Part shown: positions 48,601 to 57,700 of the stretch, piece by piece
How positions within the stretch are numbered: the first letter of the stretch is position 1
Layout: every line of letters begins with the position of its first letter
Origin: Burkholderiaceae bacterium
Lineage (GTDB): Bacteria; Patescibacteriota; Saccharimonadia; Saccharimonadales; AQU-01
Assembly (NCBI GenBank): GCA_043788365.1
Contig: JAYVTZ010000001.1
Coordinates: 7,800 to 71,799 of the forward strand
Length of the DNA stretch: 64,000 bases
Direction of reading: 5' to 3'
Notes under the pieces: generated by a model
Database searches by the model: none
Seen by the model: only the letters and a program-made list of their open reading frames with translations
Told to the model about the DNA's origin: nothing
Made by a program: the position numbers and the translations under genes

Positions 48601-49472
48601 AGGTTTTGTCAGCTTTTACGACAGCACGCTCTTCTCATACTTCAGTAGTCTACGGAGGTTACCTATATATAATTGGCGGCTATGATAACACTAGTTCTTA
48701 CAACGACATCCAATACATCCCAACCCTCACCCCAACCCAAGTCTCGCACTATGAAAGACTTATTAACCTAGGCAACGGTGGCACAGTCACTTCCTTTGTG
48801 ATTAATGGTACTGCTAAATGTGGCTACACTGTTAGCTACAAAACAGCTGACAATACAGGAGTCTTTGGTTCGTCTACTACAGTGCTTGATGTCTTCCCAG
48901 GAGTATCTCAAACAGTATCACTAACCGGTGCTACTGCCATAGCTTTCACGGTTGTACTAGATGACTCAACCTGCGGTGGTCAGTCTATAGTCACCGACCT
49001 TAGTGTTAGCTATACTCCTAGACCTAGCGCCCCAACTCTAACGGCGCCACTCAATAATGCTACTGCTGCTAGCTTAACTCCAGAACTTCGTCTTGGAGCT
49101 ATCGCCAACACCACGAACTATCTTCGTTATAAGATAGAAGTCTGTAGTACCAGCAACTGTTCCTCTATAGTTCGCACTATCGACCAAACATCAAGCCAGA
49201 CTGGCTGGCAATCTCAGTCAGAACAAAGTGGTACTGCCTACACGGGTGGGATATCGTCAATTGCTCAGTACGCTATTCACAAGTACCAAACCCCAGCACT
49301 ATCCGCCAATACACAATATTGGTGGCGAGGCTACGCCATAGACCCTAGCGGCACAAATACCTTTAGCCCAGCTTCTGCTATCTCTACCTTCACGACCAAA
49401 CAAACTACCGCCAATGTCATAAATATTGGCGGCGGCACAACTATCTATAGCGGTACGACAATAGGTAATTGA
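45633..49472 (+). CDS. 1279-aa membrane-anchored surface protein: basic N-tail, TM helix, unknown domain, two tandem six-bladed Kelch-like beta-propellers, C-terminal beta-sandwich and FN3-like domains
   Basis: GTG start. TM helix at aa 72-90. Twelve blades (aa 403-1031); the last six follow AFTTAR-x6-YNGYLYI[IV]GG-x8-18-DIQYCPINSNGS[IV]GxC. C-terminal YWWRGYAIDPSG FN3-like motif. Confidence 0.85.
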   Translation: MQRPEGKGRIITDFTPVKKGAGQAVPKILAKSPAKKLPLRNRLKLRARKQKLKLARLAKPSKIPLIRFTPRTLSAGIIILTLLGLIIGNSLYQSSKYKINRTKVAFLSHSSIDTTFIKQDSKSFSYDRSAEQSAISTNDKGQKQLTVASPTDATGIDSYKATLPKNPKDGITFSDSKGTNSFNLKPLDKAVNSSLLGGRLDSGNIVYPSSNNSNEKHIYSFKKNGIKEDILLTAKPSTKELNYAYTLTLNSDQEARANPDGSIGIYIANPNNTSSNSTNPNNTASQPKDYLVYVLPKPFIIDSRGVKNYEDVFYKLEASKQTTTGNSNQTGNNGTNGQAGSTYTLTLEALNMLNKNYPLSIDPTITVTTTADFRQGLDDGMLDYTTTADQVARANVSLGTMGTATTQTAAFTTKRSSPTALAYNGYAYIFGGSFQSSLIQSSVYTDIQYCPINTNGSLGTCTTNSTGLAAAPDPWESFIYNGSIYSILGFGFGMVQRCIINSNASVSPCTFQTGISNLSKQPLFLHDNFLFTISAGDVNRCPFNSDGSIGNCTTQSAVYNSNWGVASAEIYNTWLYVTSIDVSGFMSMMICRINPDESVSNCTHSVTSLVGRSGYGLAAYRGYLYIIGGHDFFATLYDVDEAPINADGSIGSLTTLNILNTKLSLMGAFIYDGYLHVMGGNFKNGGTFFNTNDAEYVPINTGTPTFGTVSSATQQTSAFTTARYNQTSVVYDGYLYIIGGCHDAASPPCDVLLNDIQYCPINSDGSIGACTQQTNAFTTARAYHATAILNGYLYIVGGQTGALTVTNDVQYCQINNNHSVGTCTQQTNAFTTARMSHASFAYNGYLYIVGGQSFAPTSGCTPVDYCDDIQYCPINSNGSVGACTQQTSAFTTARDFLSSLTYNGYLYIVGGFSNGGALNDIQYCPINSNGSVGACTQQAAAFTTPRYNLRSVAYNGYLYIIGGQDNASIPLSDLHHCPINSNGSIGTCTQVLSAFTTARSSHTSVVYGGYLYIIGGYDNTSSYNDIQYIPTLTPTQVSHYERLINLGNGGTVTSFVINGTAKCGYTVSYKTADNTGVFGSSTTVLDVFPGVSQTVSLTGATAIAFTVVLDDSTCGGQSIVTDLSVSYTPRPSAPTLTAPLNNATAASLTPELRLGAIANTTNYLRYKIEVCSTSNCSSIVRTIDQTSSQTGWQSQSEQSGTAYTGGISSIAQYAIHKYQTPALSANTQYWWRGYAIDPSGTNTFSPASAISTFTTKQTTANVINIGGGTTIYSGTTIGN

Positions 49473-49474
49473 TT

Positions 49475-49492
49475 AAATTTTAGTCTTGAACC
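49475..49492 (+). repeat. partial third copy (DR3) of the DR 5' module, 2 nt after the giant gene stop
   Basis: AAATTTTAGTCTTGAACC versus AAATTAAGTCTTGAACC in DR1 (44671-44687) and DR2 (45014-45030). Confidence 0.6.
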
Positions 49493-49581
49493 CTTATGCC
49501 TGCCAAGCAGTGAAGCCTATCTGGCTCACGACTGTATTTGCTTGCTGGTGGGCCATGCTGTCATTCCAATCGCAAAAGTCT

Positions 49582-50055
49582 TTATTCCTCGATCTTCCTT
49601 GTAGTAATTGGTCCAGAAAGTTGCGAAGTATCTGGTTCTGGTTGGCGCGTACGGTCCTGGGATTTTATTTGAGCTCTAGACTGGTTTACTCGTATCACAC
49701 CACTACTCCCAGACCGATTTTGAAGCTGTGCCAAAAAGTTACCACTAAGGTTAGTTTTATTTCTGTCGTGTCCAAAAGGATAGAACTGCATATCGTGCTC
49801 GACCGCCTCATCGACCTGTATCTCGACTTCATCGCGCCTGACCAGTTGGTCTGCGTCTAGAATAGGTGGCTCAGCATAAAGCAGTTCATCGTTTTCTCGC
49901 AAGGCTTTAATAACGGCATAGACCACTATGCCCCTAAGTGCAAATGGAGCACTCATCTGGTCGCCATCAATAATATATTCAATCGTAGCTTCTGTGGCTT
50001 CATTGACTTCTTGGTCGGTGTGTTCATAGACAGGTTTCTGTATCTTCACAGACAT
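49582..50055 (-). CDS. acidic hypothetical protein
   Basis: 157-aa ORF, more protein-like than the overlapping plus-strand ORF 49486..49860. Confidence 0.55.
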   Translation of the reverse strand: MSVKIQKPVYEHTDQEVNEATEATIEYIIDGDQMSAPFALRGIVVYAVIKALRENDELLYAEPPILDADQLVRRDEVEIQVDEAVEHDMQFYPFGHDRNKTNLSGNFLAQLQNRSGSSGVIRVNQSRAQIKSQDRTRQPEPDTSQLSGPITTRKIEE

Positions 50056-50145
50056 ATTATAACATAAATTTATAAATAGAGGAATACCATAGTCAAATAA
50101 ATAACCGTTAGCCCAAAACTTTAGAATTAGCTATAATAGGGTCAA

Positions 50146-51444
50146 ATGGCCCTATCAACTCAACCCTACAAAGGCACCAGAGATTTCTACCCTGAGGACA
50201 TGCGCCTGCAGAAGTATATCTTTGGTGTTATGCGCACAGTTGCTGAAAAATTTGGCTATGAAGAATACGGTGCATCAATATTAGAGCCGATTGAGCTATA
50301 TAAAGCTAAAAGTGGCGCTGAAATTGTTAGTGAGCAGACTTATTTATTTACAGACAGGGGTGGCCGAGAGGTTGCTATCAGGCCGGAAATGACCCCTACA
50401 GTTAGCCGCATGGTTGCCGGTAAGCGCCAAGAACTCGGTTATCCGCTCAGGTGGTTTAGTATTCCAAATCTATTGCGTTATGAACGTCCACAGCGCGGCC
50501 GACTACGCGAGCACTGGCAGCTGAATGTCGATGTATTTGGTGTCGCTGGGATTGAAGCTGATTATGAGATTATTAGCGTTTCTGACGCGATTATGCAGGC
50601 TTATGGTGCCGGTCGTGAGATGTACGTCATTAAGCTAAATAGCCGTAAACTGATGGATAAGATTTTCGCAGATTACCTCGGACTTAATGCTGAGCAAGCC
50701 GTAAAAGTTGCCAAAATTATTGACCATATGCACAAAGTTGCACCAGAAGTTTTTGATAAAGAAGTTAACGAGGTCTTAAGTGATGAACAGCGTCAAAGTG
50801 GTGTTAGCGGTAGGCTGGGCGGAATATTAGAAGTTAATAACCTTGATCAACTACCTGAAGATCTGAAAGCGCATGAGTCGGTCGCCGAACTTCGTAAGCT
50901 AATGCAAATGATGGGCGATTCTGGCATCACTAATGGCGTATTTGATATATCTGTCATGCGTGGCTTTGACTACTACACCGATATTGTTTTTGAAGTCATG
51001 GATACTGACCCCGAGAACAATCGTTCAATGTTTGGTGGTGGCCGTTACGACGGACTCGTTGGATTATTTGGTGTCGAGCCAGTGCCAACCGTTGGCTTTG
51101 GTATGGGTGACGTCACAATCGCCAATTTCATTGAGACCCATAGCCTTAAGCCTAACCTAAAAACCGAGACTGATATTTATGTTATTTTAGTCGGTGATGT
51201 ATATAGTCAGGCCCAAAATGTGGTGACTGAACTGCGTAACCGAGGGCTGAACGTCGCCGTCGATATGTCTGGCCGTAAACCAGGCGACCAAATCAAAAAT
51301 GCCACTAAAAAGAATATTGAGCATGTACTATTTATTGGCGAAAAAGAATTGTCAGAAAATCGCTTCAACCTCAAGAATATTGTCAGCGGCCAAGAGGATA
51401 ATCTCGATATTGATGGTATAGTTGGGCAAATTAGTAAAAAATGA
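50146..51444 (+). CDS. hisS: histidyl-tRNA synthetase
   Basis: 432 aa. Class II motifs (RYERPQRGRLREHWQ, GGGRYDGL). TATAAT lies 8 nt upstream of the ATG. Confidence 0.95.
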   Translation: MALSTQPYKGTRDFYPEDMRLQKYIFGVMRTVAEKFGYEEYGASILEPIELYKAKSGAEIVSEQTYLFTDRGGREVAIRPEMTPTVSRMVAGKRQELGYPLRWFSIPNLLRYERPQRGRLREHWQLNVDVFGVAGIEADYEIISVSDAIMQAYGAGREMYVIKLNSRKLMDKIFADYLGLNAEQAVKVAKIIDHMHKVAPEVFDKEVNEVLSDEQRQSGVSGRLGGILEVNNLDQLPEDLKAHESVAELRKLMQMMGDSGITNGVFDISVMRGFDYYTDIVFEVMDTDPENNRSMFGGGRYDGLVGLFGVEPVPTVGFGMGDVTIANFIETHSLKPNLKTETDIYVILVGDVYSQAQNVVTELRNRGLNVAVDMSGRKPGDQIKNATKKNIEHVLFIGEKELSENRFNLKNIVSGQEDNLDIDGIVGQISKK

Positions 51445-51890
51445 CCGCTACTAACCACGTCGTAACTGGGGCACTGATAGCTACCTCCATCACTAATCCG
51501 GCGATTGCTTTGCCATTGGCGCTTCTTTCTCATCCGCTGCTCGACATGGTTCCGCATTTTAATATGTTGTATGACCCAAAGGTACTCAAGCCGTCATTTA
51601 TAGTAATTCTACTGATTGACATGTCTATAGCGGCCTCAATATTATTGACTATTTTACTCAGTCGACCAGAGCACTATTTGATAATACTAGCTGGAGGAAT
51701 TTTGGCTGCTAGCCTAGACTTACTGGCGTTGCCTGAGTTTTTTGACGTTATACACCATAGGGCACATAAGTTCGGTAGCGTGCAAGCATTTCTAAAGAAA
51801 ATCCAGTGGAGTGAGACAACTAAAGGGTTTGCCGTCGAAGCGGCTTGGCTGGCTATGGTGGGGACTTTGTTGGTGCAAAAACTGGCTTAA
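51441..51890 (+). CDS. integral membrane protein, unknown function
   Basis: 149 aa with 4 hydrophobic helices. ATGA overlap with hisS. Confidence 0.72.
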   Translation: MTATNHVVTGALIATSITNPAIALPLALLSHPLLDMVPHFNMLYDPKVLKPSFIVILLIDMSIAASILLTILLSRPEHYLIILAGGILAASLDLLALPEFFDVIHHRAHKFGSVQAFLKKIQWSETTKGFAVEAAWLAMVGTLLVQKLA

Positions 51891-51942
51891 GTAATGTTTT
51901 GACTCTGGTCTTAATAGTCAAAATTTGCTAGAATCACTAGTC

Positions 51943-53226
51943 ATGCGTATAAACAAATCATTCGAATCAGATACCAAGGTCAAGCTAACTATCACGGCCG
52001 ACGAGGCCTTTATGTTAAAAACTAAGGACCACACCTTGCGTCACATAGCGCGCGATACCAAGATTCCTGGCTTTCGCCCTGGCAAAGCTCCGCTGGCACT
52101 TGTCGAGAAACAAGCCAATCCCAACGCCCTACAATCTGACTTTTTAGATGAAGCAATTAACAGATTGTATTCAGAGGCAATCAAGGCCGAGAATCTGCGC
52201 CCAGTAGCAAATCCGGTAGTCGATCTTAAGAAGTTTGTGCCTTATACGGTTCTAGAGTTTGAAGCTACTGTTGAAGTTGTAGGCGAAATTAAATTAGCTA
52301 ACTATAAAACTATCAAAAAGACTCTGAATGTTATTCCGGTTACAGCCGAAGACATCACTGGTGTCATCAAAACCTTGCAAACTAGAATGGCTGACAAAGC
52401 CGAAGTTAAGCGCCCTGCCAAGGATGGTGACGAAGTTGTTATGGATTTCAGCGGTGTTGATGCTAAGGGCAAAGATATTGAAGGCGCCACAGCTACCGAC
52501 TACCCACTCGTTATCGGCAGTAATAGTTTAATCCCTGGTTTCGAGCCTGAGCTTATCGGCCTATCGGCCGGTGATGACAAAACTTTTGATATCGTTTTTC
52601 CCAAAGACTACCAGTCGCGCGCACTGGCAGGTACCAAGGTGACGTTTACGGTTAAAGTTCACAAAGTTAGCGAGCTAAAAGAACCAAAAGCTGACGACGA
52701 CTTTGCGGCCAAAGCCGGCCCATTCACGACTCTCAAAGACTTAAAAGCCGACATTAAGAAGCAGTTAAGTCACGAACGCGAACTTGACGCTAAGCAAGCC
52801 CTAGAAAATGAACTCATTACCGAAATTGCTAGCAAGTCTAAGTTGGCCGTGTCAGAATCGATGATTGACGAGCAGCTCGAGCGCGCCGAAGATGAAGAGC
52901 GCAAAAACCTAGCTTTCCGTGGTCAAACCTGGCAAGAACACCTCGACAATGAAGGCGTAACAGAAGAACAACACCGAGCCCAAAACCGCCCGGCCGCTGA
53001 AGAATCTATTAAGACTGGTCTAATCCTAGCTGAGATTGCCGAAGTTGAGGGTATTATGTTTACGCCTGATGAAGTTGCAATGCGGATTGAACTGCTTAAG
53101 GGTCAGTATACCGACCCAAGTATGCGCGCTCAGCTTGATTCTCCTGAAAATCGTCGTGATATCGAAGGTCGGATTATGACCGAAAAAACCGTCGAAAGGT
53201 TAGTTAGCTATGCCACTGGAAAGTGA
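51943..53226 (+). CDS. tig: trigger factor
   Basis: GFRPGKAP ribosome-binding motif and FKBP-like middle domain. ATG 51943 preferred over TTG 51925. Confidence 0.93.
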   Translation: MRINKSFESDTKVKLTITADEAFMLKTKDHTLRHIARDTKIPGFRPGKAPLALVEKQANPNALQSDFLDEAINRLYSEAIKAENLRPVANPVVDLKKFVPYTVLEFEATVEVVGEIKLANYKTIKKTLNVIPVTAEDITGVIKTLQTRMADKAEVKRPAKDGDEVVMDFSGVDAKGKDIEGATATDYPLVIGSNSLIPGFEPELIGLSAGDDKTFDIVFPKDYQSRALAGTKVTFTVKVHKVSELKEPKADDDFAAKAGPFTTLKDLKADIKKQLSHERELDAKQALENELITEIASKSKLAVSESMIDEQLERAEDEERKNLAFRGQTWQEHLDNEGVTEEQHRAQNRPAAEESIKTGLILAEIAEVEGIMFTPDEVAMRIELLKGQYTDPSMRAQLDSPENRRDIEGRIMTEKTVERLVSYATGK

Positions 53227-53455
53227 GTCCAACGCTACTGAGGCTCATCTGGAATCGATGAGATTTTTAGCAGACGTGTTAGTGCCTAAACCTAAGGCTG
53301 TGGACATAGATGCTGGCGTTAAAAGACGCGATACTGTCACTAAATTCTTGGCTACCTTAACCGGCCAAACACTATTTTTCCCGTTCTCTTTAGGGAGAGT
53401 CAATCATATGGATCGCAGGACCCCAGATCAGATGACCGACCCTGATGCTAACTGA
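53210..53455 (+). CDS. possible small ORF in the tig-clpP spacer
   Basis: 81-aa ORF that starts inside the tig 3' end. No SD and no motif. Confidence 0.3.
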   Translation: MPLESESNATEAHLESMRFLADVLVPKPKAVDIDAGVKRRDTVTKFLATLTGQTLFFPFSLGRVNHMDRRTPDQMTDPDAN

Positions 53456-53496
53456 TATTAATGCCCGTTAGGGCCGAGCGCAGGAATTGTAAAAAG

Positions 53497-53523
53497 TTAG
53501 CACTCGCACTTGACGAGTGCTAA
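53497..53523. promoter_or_regulatory. CIRCE element (HrcA operator) upstream of clpP, perfect consensus arms
   Basis: TTAGCACTC-GCACTTGAC-GAGTGCTAA. Confidence 0.9.
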
Positions 53524-53538
53524 AACGGCAGGTATTAT
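53510..53538 (+). promoter_or_regulatory. candidate clpP promoter TTGACG-N17-TATTAT; -10 ends 6 nt before the ATG
   Basis: The -35 lies within the CIRCE spacer and right arm. No SD before ATG 53545. Confidence 0.55.
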
Positions 53539-53544
53539 TTATTT

Positions 53545-54147
53545 ATGAGTGAATTATTACGTCGAACCAAGTCTGCCCTTATTCCAACCGTAATTGAGAC
53601 CGAAGGTCGGATGGAACGTGCCTACGATATCTACAGTCGTTTGCTGCGCGATAGGATAATTTTCCTCGGTGAAGACGTCAATGAACACACGGCTAACCTA
53701 GTCGTTGCCCAGCTATTATTTTTAGATAACGAAGCCTCTGATAAAGATATTTATCTATACATTAACAGCCCGGGTGGTAGCGTATACGATGCTCTAGCCA
53801 TCTATGACACCATGCAATACGTTAAAAGCGATATTCAGACCGTCGGCATCGGTGTTCAGGCCAGTGCCGCAGCCTTCCTACTAAGTAGCGGCGCCAAAGG
53901 CAAACGCACTATTTTGCCAAATTCGACTGTCATGATCCACCAGCCATCGAGTGGCACGCGTGGTAAGGTCACCGATATGGAAATCGACCTCAAGGAGTCA
54001 CTACGTATCAAAAAGCGACTAAATGAAATTATGGCTAAAAACACCGGTCAAACCATCAAAAAAATCGAAGTAGACATGGAACGAGACTACTGGATGACTG
54101 CCGATGAGGCCAAAAAATATGGTGTTGTTGATAAGGTAATTGGCTAA
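53545..54147 (+). CDS. clpP: ATP-dependent Clp protease proteolytic subunit
   Basis: 200 aa. Catalytic Ser region QASSAAAFLL and MIHQPS. Confidence 0.96.
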   Translation: MSELLRRTKSALIPTVIETEGRMERAYDIYSRLLRDRIIFLGEDVNEHTANLVVAQLLFLDNEASDKDIYLYINSPGGSVYDALAIYDTMQYVKSDIQTVGIGVQASAAAFLLSSGAKGKRTILPNSTVMIHQPSSGTRGKVTDMEIDLKESLRIKKRLNEIMAKNTGQTIKKIEVDMERDYWMTADEAKKYGVVDKVIG

Positions 54148-54503
54148 TGTCGGACTCAGGATATGTTGCGACTGCTTTAAATGTGAATATGACTCAGGAA
54201 GGGTTCAGCTCGGTCAGAACGTTAATGAGCGCGACTGATAAAAGCTTTGCACAAATCGCCAGGGATGCTGTTAGGCAGTTTGCAGAAAGAGATAATCCAG
54301 ACATGGTCGTAGAAGTTTCTCAAGATTATATAGATCGTGAAAAAGAAGAATTGACAGGTTCATCAGTTAGGCTACCAACATATCTTAGTGAAGTGGTTGA
54401 TAACGAAGCAATTAGAGCGGGCACTGATCGTACGACAATGGCCTCGTTTATTACGGAATGCTACCTATATGATCAATTAGTATTTTTGCAAAGCAGCCCT
54501 TAA
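54147..54503 (+). CDS. tandem ribbon-helix-helix (CopG/Arc-like) protein coupled to clpP
   Basis: TAATG overlap with clpP. Two RHH-like units (LNVNMTQEGFSSVRTLM...IARDAVRQF and VRLPTYLSEVVDNEAIRAG...FITECYLY). Confidence 0.6.
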   Translation: MSDSGYVATALNVNMTQEGFSSVRTLMSATDKSFAQIARDAVRQFAERDNPDMVVEVSQDYIDREKEELTGSSVRLPTYLSEVVDNEAIRAGTDRTTMASFITECYLYDQLVFLQSSP

Positions 54504-54743
54504 AAAGTAATTTATTAGCCCATAGCTCTTGACTCATGACTCCATACTCTGTACTCTATAAGGTAAGAAGTAGTATAAGTTAGCATGCTTGTTTGATTCT
54601 GATCAGTTAAATAAGCACCAAAAGCACTGACTTAGTAATCTTCGCGCGATAAATATATAAACAAACACGTTTTCTTATTCGAGTACTCAAAAATCTTATA
54701 AACACTAAATAGCAAATAAACTGCTCAGGAGTATTTTATTAGT

Positions 54744-57700
54744 ATGGCAAAAGCGACCAAGACAACAGCTAAAGAACGCGTATTTTATACAAAAATTGAC
54801 GACAGTTTGGATCTTCCAAACCTAGTCGATCACCAAAACAAATCATTCCAGTGGTTTGTAGACGAAGGACTCGGCGAACTCCTAGCCGAAATCAGTCCAA
54901 TTGATGACTACACCGGCACTAAGCTAACTCTATCTTTCAAAGATTACCGCTTTGAAGATCCAAAAATGACTGAGGCCGAAGCTCGGGAAAACAACGTTAG
55001 CTTTGACGCTCCACTTAAAGCCACAGTAGTGCTAACCAACAAAGTAACCGGTGAAGTCAAAGAACAAGAGATTTATCTCGGTGACTACCCATGGATGACC
55101 AAGCGCGGAACGTTTGTAATTAATGGCGCTGAACGTGTTGTTGTTAGCCAGTTGATTCGCTCAGCTGGCGTTTTCTTTACGGCTGACAATCACGGCTCAA
55201 CCAGCCTATATGGTGCCAAGGTTATTCCTGGCCGTGGTGCTTGGCTCGAGTTCGAAACGGCTGCCAACGGTGCCATTTTCGTCAAAATTGACCGCAAACG
55301 CAAAATCCCTATCACTACACTTCTACGCGCTCTTGGTATGACCGATACTCAGATGCAAGAAGCCTTCAAACACGTCGACCAGGGCAAGCTTAACTACTTG
55401 CAAGCCACGCTCGATAAAGACCCAGCCAAAGCTAACAACGAAGCTCTAATTGAAGTTTATCGACGTTTGCGTCCAGGTGACCTGGCGACGGTCGACAACG
55501 CTCGTTCTCTACTTGAGAACATGTTCTATAACTACAAGCGTTTTGACTTTAGCAAAGTGGGTCGTTACAAAATCAACAAGCGTCTTAACCTTGACGTTCC
55601 AAATGTTCTCGAAAAGCGGGTTATGCGTCTTGAAGACCTAATAGCCATTATTGCTGAAATTATTCGCCTTAATAATACTCAAGAACCAGCTGACGACATC
55701 GATAGCTTAGCTAATCGTCGCGTTAAGTTGGTTGGTGAACTCGTTCAACGCCAGTTCCGTATCGGACTACTACGCATGGAGCGTAACACTAAAGATCGTA
55801 TGAGTATGAGTGAAATCGAGACTGTCTCACCAGCTCAACTCATTAACGCCCGCCCAATTGTCGCTGCTGTTCGCGAATTCTTCGCTAGCTCTCAGCTGTC
55901 ACAGTTCATGGATCAGATTAACCCATTGTCAGAACTAGCCCACAAGCGCCGTCTCAGCTCAATGGGGCCTGGTGGCTTGTCTCGTGAGCGTGCTGGCTTT
56001 GAAGTCCGTGACGCCCACGCTACTCACTATGGCCGTATTTGTGCCGTTGAAACACCGGAAGGTGCCAACATCGGACTGGTACTAAACCTAGCGAGCTATG
56101 CTCGTATCAACGACTATGGTTTCATCGAAACACCGTATCGTAAAGTATTGAACGCTGTTACTGCCGCCAAAGCAGCCGGTCACATTGCATCTGTTAATCT
56201 AGAAGACGAAAAGGGCAAAGTTATCGTTAAAGCAGGTACCAAGATTACCGCTGAACAAGCCAAGAAGCTAGCTACAGTTAAGAAGCAAGTTACCTGGCCG
56301 GTGCGCGCTAAAGTCACCAGCGAAATTATCTATCTTGATGCGTCAGAGGAAGAGCATGCGATTATTGCCAGCTCAGCCGAAGAAATTGATGCCGATGGTT
56401 ATTTTGTTGATGAACGCGTCAGTGCCCGTAAGTATCTAGCCTCAGGTGAAGTCGATGCCGACGAAGTCACACATATGGATGCGTCACGTCGCCAGATTAT
56501 TGGTTCTTCAGCCGCACTAATTCCTTTTGTTGAAAAGAACTATGTGTACCGCTCACTGATGGGCAGTAACCAACAGCGCCAAGCCGTACCACTAATTTCG
56601 CCTAAGGCACCAATTGTTGGTACTGGTATGGAAGGTGTTGCCGCTCGTAACACTGGTCAGTTAATTGTTGCTGAAGCCGACGGTGAAGTTATTCGTGCCT
56701 CAGCTGATGAAATTACAGTTAAATACAAAGACGGTACAGTTAACTATCACCCGCAGCACTATGTCCGCAGTAACGAAGGCACATCGATTAACCATAAAGT
56801 AGTGGTTAACTCGGGTGACCACGTCAAGGCCGGTGATCCGCTATCAGAAGGTATGTCAGTTGCCGGTGGTGAACTGGCACTTGGTAAGGACCTAACCGTT
56901 GCTTTCATGCCGTGGTCAGGCTATAACTTTGAAGATGCTATCATCATTTCTCGTAAATTAGTTGAAGATGACACCCTGACATCAATCCATATCGTCGACT
57001 TCATGACCGAAGTTCGCGAAACCAAGTTAGGGCCAGAAATTGTCACTCGCGATATTCCTAACGTCTCTGAGGAAGCGCTTCGTCACCTCGATGATGATGG
57101 TATCGTCCGGATTGGTGCCGAAGTCCATCCTGGTGATATTCTAGTTGGTAAAATTACGCCAAAGGGCGAACAAGAACTAAGTTCAGAGGAACGACTACTG
57201 CGAGCTATCTTCGGCGAAAAGGCCAAGGAAGTTCGTGATACCTCACAACGCATGAGTAACGGTAAGCACGGCAAAGTTGTCGGTGTTAAGGTTTTCTCAC
57301 GCGCTAATGGCCATGAGCTTAAGGCTGGAGTTCTTATGCAAATCCAGATCTTCGTAGCTCAAATGCGCAAGATAGCTGTTGGTGATAAATTAGGTGGTCG
57401 TCACGGTAACAAGGGTGTTATCGCTCGCATCTTGCCGGTTGAGGATATGCCATTTAACGCCGAAGGCATGCCAGTAGATATCGTTTTGAACCCACTCGGC
57501 GTACCATCACGTATGAACGTTGGCCAGTTGTTCGAAACCCACCTAGGTATTGCTGCTAAGATGCTCGGCCTGCACGTTGCTAGCCCATCATTTAACGGTG
57601 TATCAGTCGAGAAAATCCGTGAACTGTTGACAGAAGCTGGACTACCGGACGACGGCAAGCAGCAACTATTTGACGGCCGCACCGGTGAAGCTTTCAAGGA

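Noticed and set aside
47754-48725. Regular ~150-bp periodic DNA repeats, considered as a CRISPR array, satellite or assembly artefact.
   Set aside because: The periodicity is at the protein level (Kelch-like blades) within one intact reading frame. The nucleotide copies differ at many synonymous positions, and there is no repeat-spacer structure.
45633-49472. Diversity-generating retroelement target.
   Set aside because: There is no reverse transcriptase, no template/variable repeat pair with A-specific mismatches, and no C-type-lectin-like C-terminus.
49475-49570. Possible minus-strand tRNA suggested by GGTTCAAGAC (reverse complement of 49483-49492).
   Set aside because: No complementary T-stem, acceptor stem or anticodon arm can be drawn around it.
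49486-49860. 124-aa plus-strand ORF downstream of the giant gene.
   Set aside because: It overlaps the more protein-like minus-strand ORF 49582..50055. Its translation is Trp/Cys/Leu/Ser-rich with no structure-like pattern.
44222-50055. Intact prophage, ICE or integron.
   Set aside because: The window contains no integrase, recombinase, transposase or phage structural gene. The DR hairpins do not match the integron attC core (GTTRRRY/RYYYAAC). Only a remnant or trans-mobilised interpretation is tenable.
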